Below are positions 25,060-36,600 of a stretch of 60,167 bases of DNA, one piece after another. How positions within the stretch are numbered: position 1 is the stretch's first letter; each line of letters opens with the position of its first letter. The stretch comes from a virus (taxonomy: Duplodnaviria; Caudoviricetes), in IMG/VR virus record IMGVR_UViG_3300017783_000017, positions 1-60,167 of that record. The stretch is one strand, 5' to 3'. A model generated the notes under the pieces. That model saw nothing but the letters and a program-made list of their open reading frames with translations, was not told the DNA's origin and searched no databases. The position numbers and the translations under genes are program-made.

Positions 25060-26034
25060 TTGAAATACGTTAAAGTATCCGATAATAGTTACAAACTTTC
25101 AGTTACTGACGGTGGAACTATCTATCTTTACACCGGAGCAGAAACTGGTGAGGTTCGTATATCTGGTGACTTAATTGTTCAAGGTAATACAACTACAGTA
25201 CAAAGTGAAGAACTTACTGTTAAGGATAATATTATTATTCTTAACCAAGGTGAAACTGGTGCAGGCATCACATTAGATGAAGCAGGCATTAGAATTGACC
25301 GTGGTACTTTACAAGATGCTTATATTGTATTAGATGAGGACATCACTAATTCACGAACAGGATTACCTGGCGTATTTGCTTTTAAATTTAATGACGGATC
25401 AGCGGCAGCGATAAGAACAAATGCTATCAACACCGCTGGTTCCGATTTACATTTAATTAATTCAGGAACAGGTGTTATTACAGTTACTGGTACAACTGAT
25501 TATGAAAATCAAGTAACAGACGACGATGACATCACAAATAAAAAATATGTTGATGATGCTATTAGCACAAGTTTTGCTACTGTATTTTTAAAACAGATTG
25601 GTGACGGCGTATCAAGCCCGTCAAGCATTAGAATCTTTGATAGTGAACCATCACCAGATGGTAGCGGTGTTGATCATAGTAAAATAACTTTTACAATTGA
25701 CGGCGTAATTCATGCAGAGATGTACGATGATAGATTAGAGTATGGTAATTTAAGATTTACTGATACAATAATTGAAACAATCTCAAGTAACGATGACTTA
25801 GTTTTAAGAGCACCTGGTACAGGCGCTGTTAGAATTGATGATACTTTACATATTAACAGTACACCCGGCGACGACGATGTAGCAATAGAACCAACACAGC
25901 CAATAGACGGATCTAAGATTTATATTAGTACACAGTCTACTGGTAAGTCTGGTATTTACTTCGTAAACGACGAAGCAAACAGAGATGAATTGGTAAGTAA
26001 GAATAGAGCATTACTATTTGGAATGCTTTTTTAA
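25060..26034 (+). CDS. Virion structural / tail-fibre-like protein
   Basis: G.L.VQG.TTTV.S..L.VKDNII.LN and NKKYVD fibre motifs. Confidence 0.65.
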   Translation: MKYVKVSDNSYKLSVTDGGTIYLYTGAETGEVRISGDLIVQGNTTTVQSEELTVKDNIIILNQGETGAGITLDEAGIRIDRGTLQDAYIVLDEDITNSRTGLPGVFAFKFNDGSAAAIRTNAINTAGSDLHLINSGTGVITVTGTTDYENQVTDDDDITNKKYVDDAISTSFATVFLKQIGDGVSSPSSIRIFDSEPSPDGSGVDHSKITFTIDGVIHAEMYDDRLEYGNLRFTDTIIETISSNDDLVLRAPGTGAVRIDDTLHINSTPGDDDVAIEPTQPIDGSKIYISTQSTGKSGIYFVNDEANRDELVSKNRALLFGMLF

Positions 26035-26043
26035 GGAACAAAC

Positions 26044-26379
26044 ATGGCAATAACTAACGCACAATTAACTACAACACAATTAGACCTAATTACTGTTCCA
26101 GCAGATAAATCATATGCAATTACAAATATATTAGTTTGTAATAACCATGCAAGTGATACAGCGGCATTTGATATGCACTTAATTCCAAATGGCGCACCAT
26201 TGAATAACGCTGTGACAAGAGTTATAAGTAATTTAAGTTTACCAGCAGGTGAAACATTTACATTTGATAGTGAGAGAGTTGTTTTAGAAACAGGAGATAA
26301 AGTTTCTTTTACTGCTGATCCTGATATTGGTAGCTCTAACACAAATTTATCATGCACTATAAGTTATTTGGAAGTATAA
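26044..26379 (+). CDS. Small beta-sandwich virion protein (paralog of 32902 and 44778)
   Basis: TVPA...I..CN...LPAGETF...E.VVL..GD pattern. Confidence 0.6.
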   Translation: MAITNAQLTTTQLDLITVPADKSYAITNILVCNNHASDTAAFDMHLIPNGAPLNNAVTRVISNLSLPAGETFTFDSERVVLETGDKVSFTADPDIGSSNTNLSCTISYLEV

Positions 26380-26380
26380 A

Positions 26381-26938
26381 ATGCGTCTAATTAAAGCACA
26401 AAGCACTAACCTAAGAAGTATTACCGGACAAGGTGTAAAATACGATACTGATACGCAAGTTATTGCGGATAGTGAACGTGCTTTGCTTTTACCTAAAGGT
26501 GCAGATGCAACTCGCCCAGGCGAAGCAGGAATATCAACTGCGTCAAACAATGGGCAAATACGATATAATACTACAAGTAATGAAATAGAAGCATATCAAA
26601 ACGGTGCTTGGAGAAAATTACGCTTCAAAGAGCCTAATCAAAATCCAGGTATTGTATTACAAACATTTGGCCCGGGTGACGGCACAGAAACTGTGTTTGG
26701 ACTATTAGCAAGTGGTGATACAGATAATCCTATACCAGCGGCAGCACAAAACGTTTTAGTTTTAGTTGAAAACGTTTTACAAATACCTACAACAAACTAC
26801 ACATTAGAACAAAGCGATGGAACAAATGTTCCTTCAACTGGACCTAATCCGGCTTATGCGGCAGGATGGTACATAGTATTTGGTACAGCAGTTCCTGTAG
26901 GCAAGTTCGTAACAGTCATACACAACTTCGACAAGTAA
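26381..26938 (+). CDS. Virion structural protein
   Basis: LPKG...RP and GQIRYNT...E.Y..G.W motif shared with the following fibre genes. Confidence 0.6.
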   Translation: MRLIKAQSTNLRSITGQGVKYDTDTQVIADSERALLLPKGADATRPGEAGISTASNNGQIRYNTTSNEIEAYQNGAWRKLRFKEPNQNPGIVLQTFGPGDGTETVFGLLASGDTDNPIPAAAQNVLVLVENVLQIPTTNYTLEQSDGTNVPSTGPNPAYAAGWYIVFGTAVPVGKFVTVIHNFDK

Positions 26939-26942
26939 ATCC

Positions 26943-26950
26943 TATAAATA
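26943..26950 (+). promoter_or_regulatory. Late promoter TATAAATA
   Basis: Exact consensus with AGGAG SD before 26971. Confidence 0.75.
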
Positions 26951-26970
26951 CACTGTAGGAGAATACTTTT

Positions 26971-29433
26971 ATGGCACAAGTTGGTCGCATATCGGGCGGT
27001 TTATTACAAGCAAATTTATTACGTAATGGCATTGATCTAAAGTTTGCCAATACTTCTACTGAAATAGCAAGTAGTACTCCTTTGTTACACCTTGATGTAA
27101 CAAACAATAAAATTAATATTAATTCAGAATCATCTACAGATGTTCTAAATATTCCTACAACACTTGCAACAGTAAATTCAATAGGTACAGTAGCAAACAT
27201 CGCTGATATTACTGTAGATAATTCTGCTATAACATCTAACAATGGCAATCTAAATTTAAATGCAGGTACTAATATATTTGCAACATCATTAGCTACCTCA
27301 GGCATTAAGATAGATTTTAATACCATATCTTCAAGAACTACGGATCAGAATATTGAACTTAGACCAAACGGCAATGGTACAGTTAATATTAGAAGTAATT
27401 TAAACAGCACAGGCGGTATACACGCTACAGGAGATATAAACTTTGGCGGTAGTCTAACAATAGGTAATGACGACACTGATGACTTAGTATTCCAAGGTGA
27501 GCTAACAAGTGATTTAATCCCAGACGCAACTGATACATATGACTTAGGTAGTGCAGATAAAAATTGGGGCGATATACATACCCAGTCATTCAATACTGAG
27601 AACACAAATGTAAACAACTTTATTATCGGTACATCAACAATGAATCGCCGACAAGGTAACATGTTTTATGTAAGTACGCTTGGAGACGATACAAATGTTG
27701 GAGATCATCAACACGGTGCATTTAGAACATTACAACATGCATTAGAAGTTGCAGATGCAAGTACAGCAGGCCCAGTAGCAATACATATTTTTCCTGGCAC
27801 ATATCAAGAAGTATGTCCTTTAATAGTTCCTGAAAGAATTACAATCATAGGGCATGATATAAGAAACACAATAATTACACCTACTTCGGATACAAACACA
27901 AATGACATTTTCCAAATACAAGGAAATGTTACTATTGAAAATCTTACAATAAAAGATTTCTTTTCACCTGGACACGCATTTAGTTTTGTTCCTAATGGTT
28001 TAGTAAACGAAAGATCACCTTACATTAGAAACATAACAGTTATTACACAGGGTAGTGTAACTTCTGCAAGCGACCCAAGAGGATATTTGCAAGGAGACGC
28101 AGGTAAAGGTGTTTTAGTAGACGGAAGTATATTAGACTTTGATAGTATAGAAGCAAGTATGTTGTTTCACTCGTGTACTTTTATTACACCTGGCGTTGAT
28201 GCAATTACAATGACAAATGGTGTAAGAGTTGAATGGTTGAATTGTTTTACATATTTTGCTAATAGAGGTTTGTATGCTACAAGAGGCGCTATAGGAAATG
28301 CAAATCCTGATAGCAGTATGCGTTATGGTGCAGAAGTTAGAAGTATAGGTTCTGCATGTGTGTACGGTAATATTGGTGCAGAAGCAGATGGTGCTGATAC
28401 AGTGATGTATCTAATAGGACATAACTTTGCATATATTGGTGTCGACGGTAATGTTACAAATGACGATACATTACATCAGCAAGCAGACGAAGTAATAGAA
28501 ATTAATGATGGTAAGATACACTATGTATCTACTGATCAAAAAGGTACTTTTAGAGTAGGTGAGACTTTTTACGCTGATTATGACACAGGTATTACAAACA
28601 TTGATGCAAATAGTTTAGACTTTACAGGCATACAACAATTAGCAGTAAATGACGGTGTAAGCCAATCTGTTATACAAGGTAACCAAATAGATACTGGAAA
28701 TATTAGAATATCTGGTAATACTATAACAACAACAGACGGTGAATTAGATCTTTCACCTAATACACAAATACTTAATTTAAATAATGCACATTTAACTTTG
28801 CCTAAAGGTTCTGATTTTAATCGTAATGAAACTGAAGGTGACATACGCTATAATACTGATACAAATTTGTTTGAAGCATATTCATCAGGCAATTTAAGTT
28901 TAGGCGGAATATATTCAGATAATCGAGAAACTTATGTAGATGCAACAACTACATCAAATAAATTAGTAATGTATGCGGATAGTTTACTTGCAGGTGAAGT
29001 TGATAATACAGGTATAGTAAACTTAGCTGGATTATCGTCTGGAGATATACTATTTGATGATGCATTAATTACTACGACATTAAGTAATTCAGATTTAGAT
29101 TTAGTGCCAAACGGCACAGGCATTTTGCAAATAGATGACATTGAAATATCAGATCAGTATATAAAAAATCTAAGCAATAATGCACTTACTATAGATCCTG
29201 CAGGAACTGGTTGGGTGAAGTTTGATTCTACAAACGGACTTAGAATTCCAACAGGTACAAACAGCAACAAATATAGCAGTCCTGAATTAGGACATACAAG
29301 ATACAATTCAGAAGCAGAATACATGGAAGTTTGGAATGGAGTTTCATGGCAGCAAGTGGCTGGAGATGGCGGCGGCGTTGACGTTGACGACATAAATGAT
29401 TTGCTTGATTTATACGTGCTTGTATTAGGATAA
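26971..29433 (+). CDS. Tail fibre/spike-like protein with a pectin-lyase-like beta-helix
   Basis: 820 aa. YDLGS..K.W, YVS..G.D...G...F.T, IFPG.Y.E, SPYIRN motifs. Paralog of 29568. Confidence 0.65.
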   Translation: MAQVGRISGGLLQANLLRNGIDLKFANTSTEIASSTPLLHLDVTNNKININSESSTDVLNIPTTLATVNSIGTVANIADITVDNSAITSNNGNLNLNAGTNIFATSLATSGIKIDFNTISSRTTDQNIELRPNGNGTVNIRSNLNSTGGIHATGDINFGGSLTIGNDDTDDLVFQGELTSDLIPDATDTYDLGSADKNWGDIHTQSFNTENTNVNNFIIGTSTMNRRQGNMFYVSTLGDDTNVGDHQHGAFRTLQHALEVADASTAGPVAIHIFPGTYQEVCPLIVPERITIIGHDIRNTIITPTSDTNTNDIFQIQGNVTIENLTIKDFFSPGHAFSFVPNGLVNERSPYIRNITVITQGSVTSASDPRGYLQGDAGKGVLVDGSILDFDSIEASMLFHSCTFITPGVDAITMTNGVRVEWLNCFTYFANRGLYATRGAIGNANPDSSMRYGAEVRSIGSACVYGNIGAEADGADTVMYLIGHNFAYIGVDGNVTNDDTLHQQADEVIEINDGKIHYVSTDQKGTFRVGETFYADYDTGITNIDANSLDFTGIQQLAVNDGVSQSVIQGNQIDTGNIRISGNTITTTDGELDLSPNTQILNLNNAHLTLPKGSDFNRNETEGDIRYNTDTNLFEAYSSGNLSLGGIYSDNRETYVDATTTSNKLVMYADSLLAGEVDNTGIVNLAGLSSGDILFDDALITTTLSNSDLDLVPNGTGILQIDDIEISDQYIKNLSNNALTIDPAGTGWVKFDSTNGLRIPTGTNSNKYSSPELGHTRYNSEAEYMEVWNGVSWQQVAGDGGGVDVDDINDLLDLYVLVLG

Positions 29434-29444
29434 TCTACTAAAAC

Positions 29445-29567
29445 GATAAATACTATTAATGCAGTACAGCGACCTTTGTATTGCAGGGTCAAACTGTGGT
29501 TCGCCGGCAAAGAGCAAATGCTGAGAATTTGGCGAGAGGGACAGGATCCCCGTATTGAGGAGAAGAG
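29445..29567 (+). promoter_or_regulatory. Late promoter plus GC-rich structured leader
   Basis: GATAAATA 29445-52; TGCAGTACA/TGTATTGCA; GACCTT/AGGGTC; TCGCCGG/TTGGCGA; GAGGAG SD. Confidence 0.55.
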
Positions 29568-32500
29568 ATGGCACTTGGTCGCATTAGTGGTCCGCTCTTA
29601 AAAGCTAACCTTCTAAGGGAGGGTGTAGATCTGGCTTTTGAGAACGACTTGCTATATTTAGATGTAAATAATAGCCGGATTGGTATAAAAACCAACACAC
29701 CCCAATACGATTTAGACGTTAACGGAACAGCAAGAGTTCCACAATTAGAAGTTTCCACAAACGCTAATATTGCAGACGTTACTATATCTGGTAATACAGT
29801 ATCTACGACTAATCCGCAACTTACTTTAGGTACAGCGGATACAGTAGTCTATCAAAACAAAGCACAAATAGATAGCATAGATATTGAAAACAATACTATT
29901 AGCACAAATACAACAAATGAGAATTTAGAATTTGCACCCAACGGTACAGGTACTGTAGAAATATTTGCCGATACAAATGTTTACGGAAATATTGTTGCTA
30001 CAGGTTCAATTACTGCTGACGGTAATATTACCATAGGCGATGCAGATACAGACGATATTACAATTAACGCAGAAGTTGCATCTAATATTATTCCAGATGC
30101 TTCTGCTACATATAACCTTGGTTCAGCAACAAAGCGTTGGAATCAAGTTTTTACAAATACATTATATGCAGACACTGTTTCTGCTAATGACTTACTTGTT
30201 GGTGGTATTGATTTAGCACTTAGACAAGGCAACATGTTATATGTTGCAGAGAATGGTGATGATACACTTACAGGTACACACCCTAATGATCCTTTTGCAA
30301 CTATTCAACAGGCATTAAGTGTAGCAACAGCAGGTGACACAATTCACATATTTCCTGGATTATATCAAGAAACATTTCCAATGACAGTGCCTGCAGGGGT
30401 TACTGTAAAAGGACACAGTATACGTAGTGTCAATATTACACCAACAGCATTATCAAACACTTCAACAGCATTTTATCTTAACGGTGAAAGCACAGTTGAA
30501 GACTTAACAATTAAAGATTTTTTTGCCCCAGGATATGCGTTTGCATTTAATCCAACAGGAATCACAGTCACTACAAGATCACCTTACATTAGAAATGTAA
30601 GTGTGATTACAGCAGGTAGCGTTACTTCTGCAAGTGACCCGAGAGGTTACTTACAAGGTGATGCAGGTGGTGGTGCATATTTAGATGGTGAACTTGCAAC
30701 AGTAGGCAGTAGAGAAGCAGGTTGCTTATTTCATAGTGTAACATTTATTGTACCTAATGCAGATGCACTTAGTTTTACTAATGGTACAAGGGTTGAATGG
30801 TTAAATTCATTTACATATTTTGCACAGCGAGGCTTATATGGTTTTGATAGTGCTAATGGTTTAAAAGGTACAGGACAAACACAAATACGTGTTACTGGAG
30901 GCTCAGGAACATTTAGCGCAGGCCAAACTTTTACTTACTACGACACAGACGGTGTAAGTGTATTAGCACAAGGCACTATTGATACAGTTGATGCTGATAA
31001 TAAATTTTATATCACAGGCAATCTTACAGGACTTACTACAGCCCAAGACAGAGGCGGTAAAACTATAGTAAGATACCAAAATCCTGTAACAGATACAGCC
31101 AAACAAAAATTTGGTGCAAGTAGTTTACAATTAGACGGCACAGAAGATTATATTGGCGTTGGCTCAAACAACGATTTTGGTTTTGGTACAGGCAACTTTA
31201 CAGTTGTAACTTGGATACATCCAACATCTGTAACAGGCACTCGTGTTATTGCAGATATGAGAGCAGGAGCAGATACAGATACGGGACTATTGTTAACAAT
31301 GGCATCAGGTGTTGCATCTGTTTACATAAACGGCTCAACAATATTGACAGCTGGAACTACAACAATGACAACATCAACATGGTATCATGTTGCAGTTGCA
31401 CGTAGCGGAACAACTATCAAATTATTCATTAACGGAAATGAAGAAGCAAGTGCAACTTATAGTGCATCAATGGGCACAGCTAAACCACTAATCATTGGCG
31501 CAAAATACGACGGCAGCGGAGAGTTTTTTGAAGGCAACTATGATGACTTTAGAATTAAAAAAGGCACAGCTCAATACACTGCAAACTTTACAGCACCTAC
31601 AACACAATTAGTTGGAGACAGTGCAACGGTATTATTATTACAATTTAATAATGCTTTAGATAGCAGTATTGAAATAATAGACAATGTAACTACAAGCCAA
31701 GACTTAAGATTTAGTGGAGGCGCAACTGCTGACTTTGTAACTTTAGCTGACAAAACTGACTTTGGCGGAGAGTTACGTTCAATAGCAAGTGCTTGTGTAT
31801 ATGGAAACTACGGAGCATACGGAAATGGTAATGGTGTGCTTATGTATCTCATTAGCCAAAACTTTGCATATATTGGAACTGGTAAAGAAGTAGATAACGA
31901 TATTAATGATGTTGTGCAAGTCAATGAAGTTACAGAATTAAGTAATGCACAAATTAGATTTAGCTCTGTTGATCACAACGGTGATTTTAGAGTAGGTGAT
32001 TTATTTTATGTAAATCAAAAAGATGGAACTATCAATTTTACATCTGCTGATTTCAATGTTAATTCGCAAAATGGTATTACTATTGTAGACGGATCCGATG
32101 TAACAACTATACTCGGTGATCAAATTACAACTGGAAATTTAAAATTTGCTGGCAATACAATTTCAAGTGTTGCAGGTGATATTAATTTAGATAGTGCAAC
32201 AGGACATTTAAAACTTACTGCAACAGGCGGATTACAATTACCTAAAGGTACAACAGCACAGCGTCCAGGAAGTCCTGCTACAGGTCAAATTAGATACAAT
32301 ACAGATACTAATATGTTTGAAGGTTATGACGGTAATTGGATTGCACTTAATGGCGTATATGATTTAGATTTAGACACTTATATTACTGCTGAAAACACAC
32401 CAGGTGCAAATGATGATACTATTAGAATGTATGTTGGTGGTAGTGAAAGAGTTAATATTACAAGTGCAAGATTAGATACTCCAAGAATTGAAGTTGATGA

Positions 32501-32897
32501 TATTTTTGTAGACGGAAATGTAATTGGAACTATTACTACCGACACAGATTTAAATTTATCTGCCAATGGTACAGGCAAGGTAAATATAGATGATATAGGT
32601 TTTAAAGATAGTACTATCACAAATAACCTTGCAGACACTGCATTGGAATTTCAGCAAGCAGGCAACGGCTACTTCAAAATTGAAGGCACAGGCGGCTTTG
32701 TTGTACCAAGCGGAACAAGTGTTCAAAGACCTTTGCCAGCATACAGAGAAACTGGTATGATAAGGTTTAACACTCAGGAAGGATACTTAGAAGTATTCGA
32801 CGGAACAAGTTGGGTGTCAGTTGCAGGTGAATCAGGTAGTATTACTTTTGCGGCAGCAGAAAATCTTGTGATTGAGTATGTATTGACGTTAGGATAA
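29568..32897 (+). CDS. Tail fibre-like protein with beta-helix and LamG/ConA-like domain
   Basis: 1109 aa. KFGASSLQLDG..DY, FT...WI, WYHVAV.R.G..IKLFING, G.YDDFRI.KG.A.Y..NF LamG motifs. Confidence 0.7.
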   Translation: MALGRISGPLLKANLLREGVDLAFENDLLYLDVNNSRIGIKTNTPQYDLDVNGTARVPQLEVSTNANIADVTISGNTVSTTNPQLTLGTADTVVYQNKAQIDSIDIENNTISTNTTNENLEFAPNGTGTVEIFADTNVYGNIVATGSITADGNITIGDADTDDITINAEVASNIIPDASATYNLGSATKRWNQVFTNTLYADTVSANDLLVGGIDLALRQGNMLYVAENGDDTLTGTHPNDPFATIQQALSVATAGDTIHIFPGLYQETFPMTVPAGVTVKGHSIRSVNITPTALSNTSTAFYLNGESTVEDLTIKDFFAPGYAFAFNPTGITVTTRSPYIRNVSVITAGSVTSASDPRGYLQGDAGGGAYLDGELATVGSREAGCLFHSVTFIVPNADALSFTNGTRVEWLNSFTYFAQRGLYGFDSANGLKGTGQTQIRVTGGSGTFSAGQTFTYYDTDGVSVLAQGTIDTVDADNKFYITGNLTGLTTAQDRGGKTIVRYQNPVTDTAKQKFGASSLQLDGTEDYIGVGSNNDFGFGTGNFTVVTWIHPTSVTGTRVIADMRAGADTDTGLLLTMASGVASVYINGSTILTAGTTTMTTSTWYHVAVARSGTTIKLFINGNEEASATYSASMGTAKPLIIGAKYDGSGEFFEGNYDDFRIKKGTAQYTANFTAPTTQLVGDSATVLLLQFNNALDSSIEIIDNVTTSQDLRFSGGATADFVTLADKTDFGGELRSIASACVYGNYGAYGNGNGVLMYLISQNFAYIGTGKEVDNDINDVVQVNEVTELSNAQIRFSSVDHNGDFRVGDLFYVNQKDGTINFTSADFNVNSQNGITIVDGSDVTTILGDQITTGNLKFAGNTISSVAGDINLDSATGHLKLTATGGLQLPKGTTAQRPGSPATGQIRYNTDTNMFEGYDGNWIALNGVYDLDLDTYITAENTPGANDDTIRMYVGGSERVNITSARLDTPRIEVDDIFVDGNVIGTITTDTDLNLSANGTGKVNIDDIGFKDSTITNNLADTALEFQQAGNGYFKIEGTGGFVVPSGTSVQRPLPAYRETGMIRFNTQEGYLEVFDGTSWVSVAGESGSITFAAAENLVIEYVLTLG

Positions 32898-32901
32898 TTA
32901 G

Positions 32902-33231
32902 ATGGCAACATTATTTAAAAATAAAGTAGTAAAAGATATAGGAAAATTACCTATAACAGCAATAGCAACCGATGCAAGTACAAGAAGTACAATCGTTGGT
33001 ATAACTGTAGCTAATCTTACTACCGACACAGTAAAAGTAAGCCTTATTGTAGGAGACGATACCAGCGTTAAAGGTTTTTATTTAAAGGATGTAGCAATAC
33101 CTACAAATGCAACATTGAAAGTAATCGGTGCAGGTGATAAACTTATTTTAGCACCAGAAAATTCATTAGAAATACAAGCAGACGAAGATGACGCTTTAGA
33201 TGCTGTAATAAGTTATGTGGATATTGTTTAA
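32902..33231 (+). CDS. Small beta-sandwich virion protein
   Basis: 109 aa, paralog of 26044 and 44778 (G...AN, IP..ATL...GDKLIL). Confidence 0.6.
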   Translation: MATLFKNKVVKDIGKLPITAIATDASTRSTIVGITVANLTTDTVKVSLIVGDDTSVKGFYLKDVAIPTNATLKVIGAGDKLILAPENSLEIQADEDDALDAVISYVDIV

Positions 33232-33243
33232 GGAGAATATGTT

Positions 33244-33633
33244 ATGTCGTTGACTATAATAGGCGGACCAGGAGAAGGTAACTCGGGTTTTACATCTGAA
33301 GTAAGATTCTTTTACGGATTACGCAGAACAGACAAAGGTGAATTGTTCTTTGGTAGATTAGATCAATTTAATGATAACGACAGTATTAACATTAATAAAC
33401 CAGGTGACGTTGAAGAACAATTTAACGAATTTACAGAAGGACAAGATTTCTTTGAAGGCAGAGATGTCGATCATGAATTAGTTTATAATAATTTAAATTA
33501 TGAACAATACAAATGGGACAACAGAAACATATATTATTATGTGAATGACGAAGGCGAATTGGTTGCAAGGGTAAATCAAAAGCAAACATACAATGACGGT
33601 GATTCATCAAATGGATTACAGCAGTACGGTTAA
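33244..33633 (+). CDS. Conserved hypothetical virion protein
   Basis: FFYGLRRT..GEL and YEQYKWD...IYYY....GELVARVN motifs, with SD. Confidence 0.6.
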   Translation: MSLTIIGGPGEGNSGFTSEVRFFYGLRRTDKGELFFGRLDQFNDNDSININKPGDVEEQFNEFTEGQDFFEGRDVDHELVYNNLNYEQYKWDNRNIYYYVNDEGELVARVNQKQTYNDGDSSNGLQQYG

Positions 33634-33644
33634 AGGTATAGAAC

Positions 33645-36600
33645 ATGGCAGAGTTTAAGTTAGATAGATTAAAATTTAGATGGAGAGGAAACTGGGCTTC
33701 AACTATCAATTACCGTAAAGATGACGTAATAACTTATCAAGGTAAGGCTTACGTTTGTTTACAAGCCCACGTTGCTTCAACAAATTTTTATACAGATAGA
33801 GATCCAGCAACCGGCGAAACAATTGCTGTAAGAGTGGGAGCTGATGCATTAAATAATCAAGCACAAGGACAGTTTACATTTGATAACATAAATGCTCCTG
33901 TGCAAAATCTACTACAAGGTAGAACATATACTTTTGATTGTAGCGACAACACAACAATTAATTTCAATACAGCAGTAAACATTTTAAAGTTTAGTTCAAC
34001 TAAAGACGGTAAATGGAACGGTGGAGACACTTACAACATTGGTGTTAGTTATGAACTTGATAGTTTACCTGTAACTGAAACAGAATATGATGATGGTTAT
34101 TCAACTGCTACTACAAGACACATTATTATCACAGTTAGTGCAGACTCGCCTGAAAGATTATATTACTTTAGTACAACAAACCCAGGCATGGGTAATGAAT
34201 TACAAACAAGATATGGTAGCTATTGGGAACTTATGTCCGATGGACAAGTTTGGAAAGGCGATTGGATTCGCGGCCAATACTATAGCGAAGGAGAAATTGT
34301 AAAGTATCGAGGACGTCAATATAAATGTATTGTTCAACATACATCACAAGTTATATTAGATTTTGAAGACGATATTGCACATTGGGAATTATTTAAGACA
34401 GGCTACGATTGGAACAACACTTGGACAGAAAGCACCGACTATAAAGTTGACGATGTAATACGTTATAATGGTGTAACTTATATTTGTAACACTGCACACA
34501 CATCTAATTCAGTTTTAGCAGGATTAGAATTTGATATTGCAAAATGGACAATTATAAGTGAAACTGAAAATTGGAAAGGTGACTGGACCATCAGCACCAG
34601 ATACATGCTCCATGACGTAGTTAAGTATGGTGGATATGTATATAGATGTATACAATATCATACATCTGCAGACAACGCAAATGTTGACGGATTAGAACTC
34701 GATCAAGCTAAATGGGTAAGCCAAGTTCAAGGTATTGAATACAAAGGTGATTGGTCCGGTGCAACAAGATATAAAATTGGTGACGTAGTAAAAAATGATG
34801 CGTCATTATACAAGTGTAAACTTGGACATACATCAGATGCTACTGCATTACGTAATGACGAATCAGCCGCATGGGATCTATATATTCCTGGATTAGATTT
34901 TGAAGGTCGCTGGAATAGTACAACTGAATATCAAAAAGGTGATATAGTTTTACATGGCGGTTATGTTTATACTGCACTAACTAATAATATTGATTCTGTA
35001 CCAGGCGCTAATGGATTGGCACAAGATACTGGCGATTGGGAAGTTACGCTTACAGGGTATAGAGCTTTAAATGATTATGATGAAACATTACAGTACCGCA
35101 CAGGTGATGTAGTACGTTACAGCGGATATTTGTACCAAGCAAAAGTTGACACACTTGCTGAAAGCCCAACACAACAACCATTAAGTTGGCAAATATTAGT
35201 ACCAGGACGTCAATTTAGAAACGCATGGGAAGACGATGTAACTTATTACGTAGGTGATATTGTAACGTGGGCTGGAACAACATACGAATGTATCTTAGAG
35301 CATACTTCTACAAATAGTGATAGTAGACCTGATTTAGATATTATACAACCAGATCAAAACTATTGGAAAATAAGCATTAAGGGTGCAGAAGGTAATAAAT
35401 TAACAAACTTCGGCGATATTAAAGTTTATGATACTGAATCTACAAGATTAGCAGTTGGATCATCGGGTAATGTGCTTAAAGTAGGAACTGATTCTATTCC
35501 AAAATGGGAAGCATTTGAAGAAGTTGATAGAGCTTTCTTTGTGTCACCTGAAGGTACAGATTCAGCTGTAAATGGTAAAACGGCGGCAGAACCTTTTAGA
35601 ACTGTAAAATTTGCTTGTGATTATGCAAGAACTAATCCAGCATTTCTTTATGAACCAAACCTAACTACATCTGATTACCAAGATAATTTAACAGGTATTG
35701 GGTTAGCCATACTACAAATACAAGCTGGCGCAGATATACCAGATGCACCAAACTTCAAAGCGTTTTTACAAACACAAACAGATGACGGTTATACGTATGC
35801 TGATATAGTTCGTGATAGCACAGATTCGACAGACGATGCTAACTTTTTTGAATTGTATAAATTAGCACCAGAAGATGCACCATCGCAAGACATAACAGAT
35901 TCTATTAACAATATTATTATTGAACTAACAGAAAACACTACTCCTTACATAGGAGAATATGTAGAGTACAACGGTACTAATTATTCTTTAATAAAAAGTA
36001 TTCCTAAAACAACTACAATTAATATTAAGACAGGTGTATATAGAGAACAAATTCCAATACTTGTCCCTGCAAATACTGCTTTGGTAGGCGACGAATTAAG
36101 AAGCACAAGAATTGAACCAGCTCCAGGATTAGAGACTGCAAACATGTTCTACGTAAGAAACGGATCTGGTATACGTAATATGACTCTACAAGGGTTGACA
36201 GGCGAATTAGGTGCACCAAACGCTAATAACACCAGACGTCCGACAGCAGGAGCATATGTTTCACTTGATCCAGGAGACGGTTCAGACGATACTGCGGCAT
36301 GGATTACAACAAAGTCACCGTATGTGCAAAATGTTTCTACATTTGGTACAGGGTGTGTAGGTATGAAAGTAGATGGTGCATTACACGATGGCGGTAATAA
36401 ATCAATTGTTGCTAACGACTTTACACAAGTTTTAAGTGATGGTATTGGTTACTGGGCAAACAAAGATGGCAAGTCAGAACTTGTGTCTGTGTTTACGTAC
36501 TACAATCATATCGGTTACTTGTGTACAGATGGTGGAAAGTTACGTGCAACCAACGGTAACAACTCATATGGAGATTACGGTTCAGTTGCAGAAGGATTTA

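Noticed and set aside
29460-29490. Classical H-type pseudoknot (SAM-II/SAM-V or preQ1-like)
   Set aside because: There is no linker between stem 1 and the second pairing strand, and the family consensus nucleotides are missing. It is better read as alternative hairpins.
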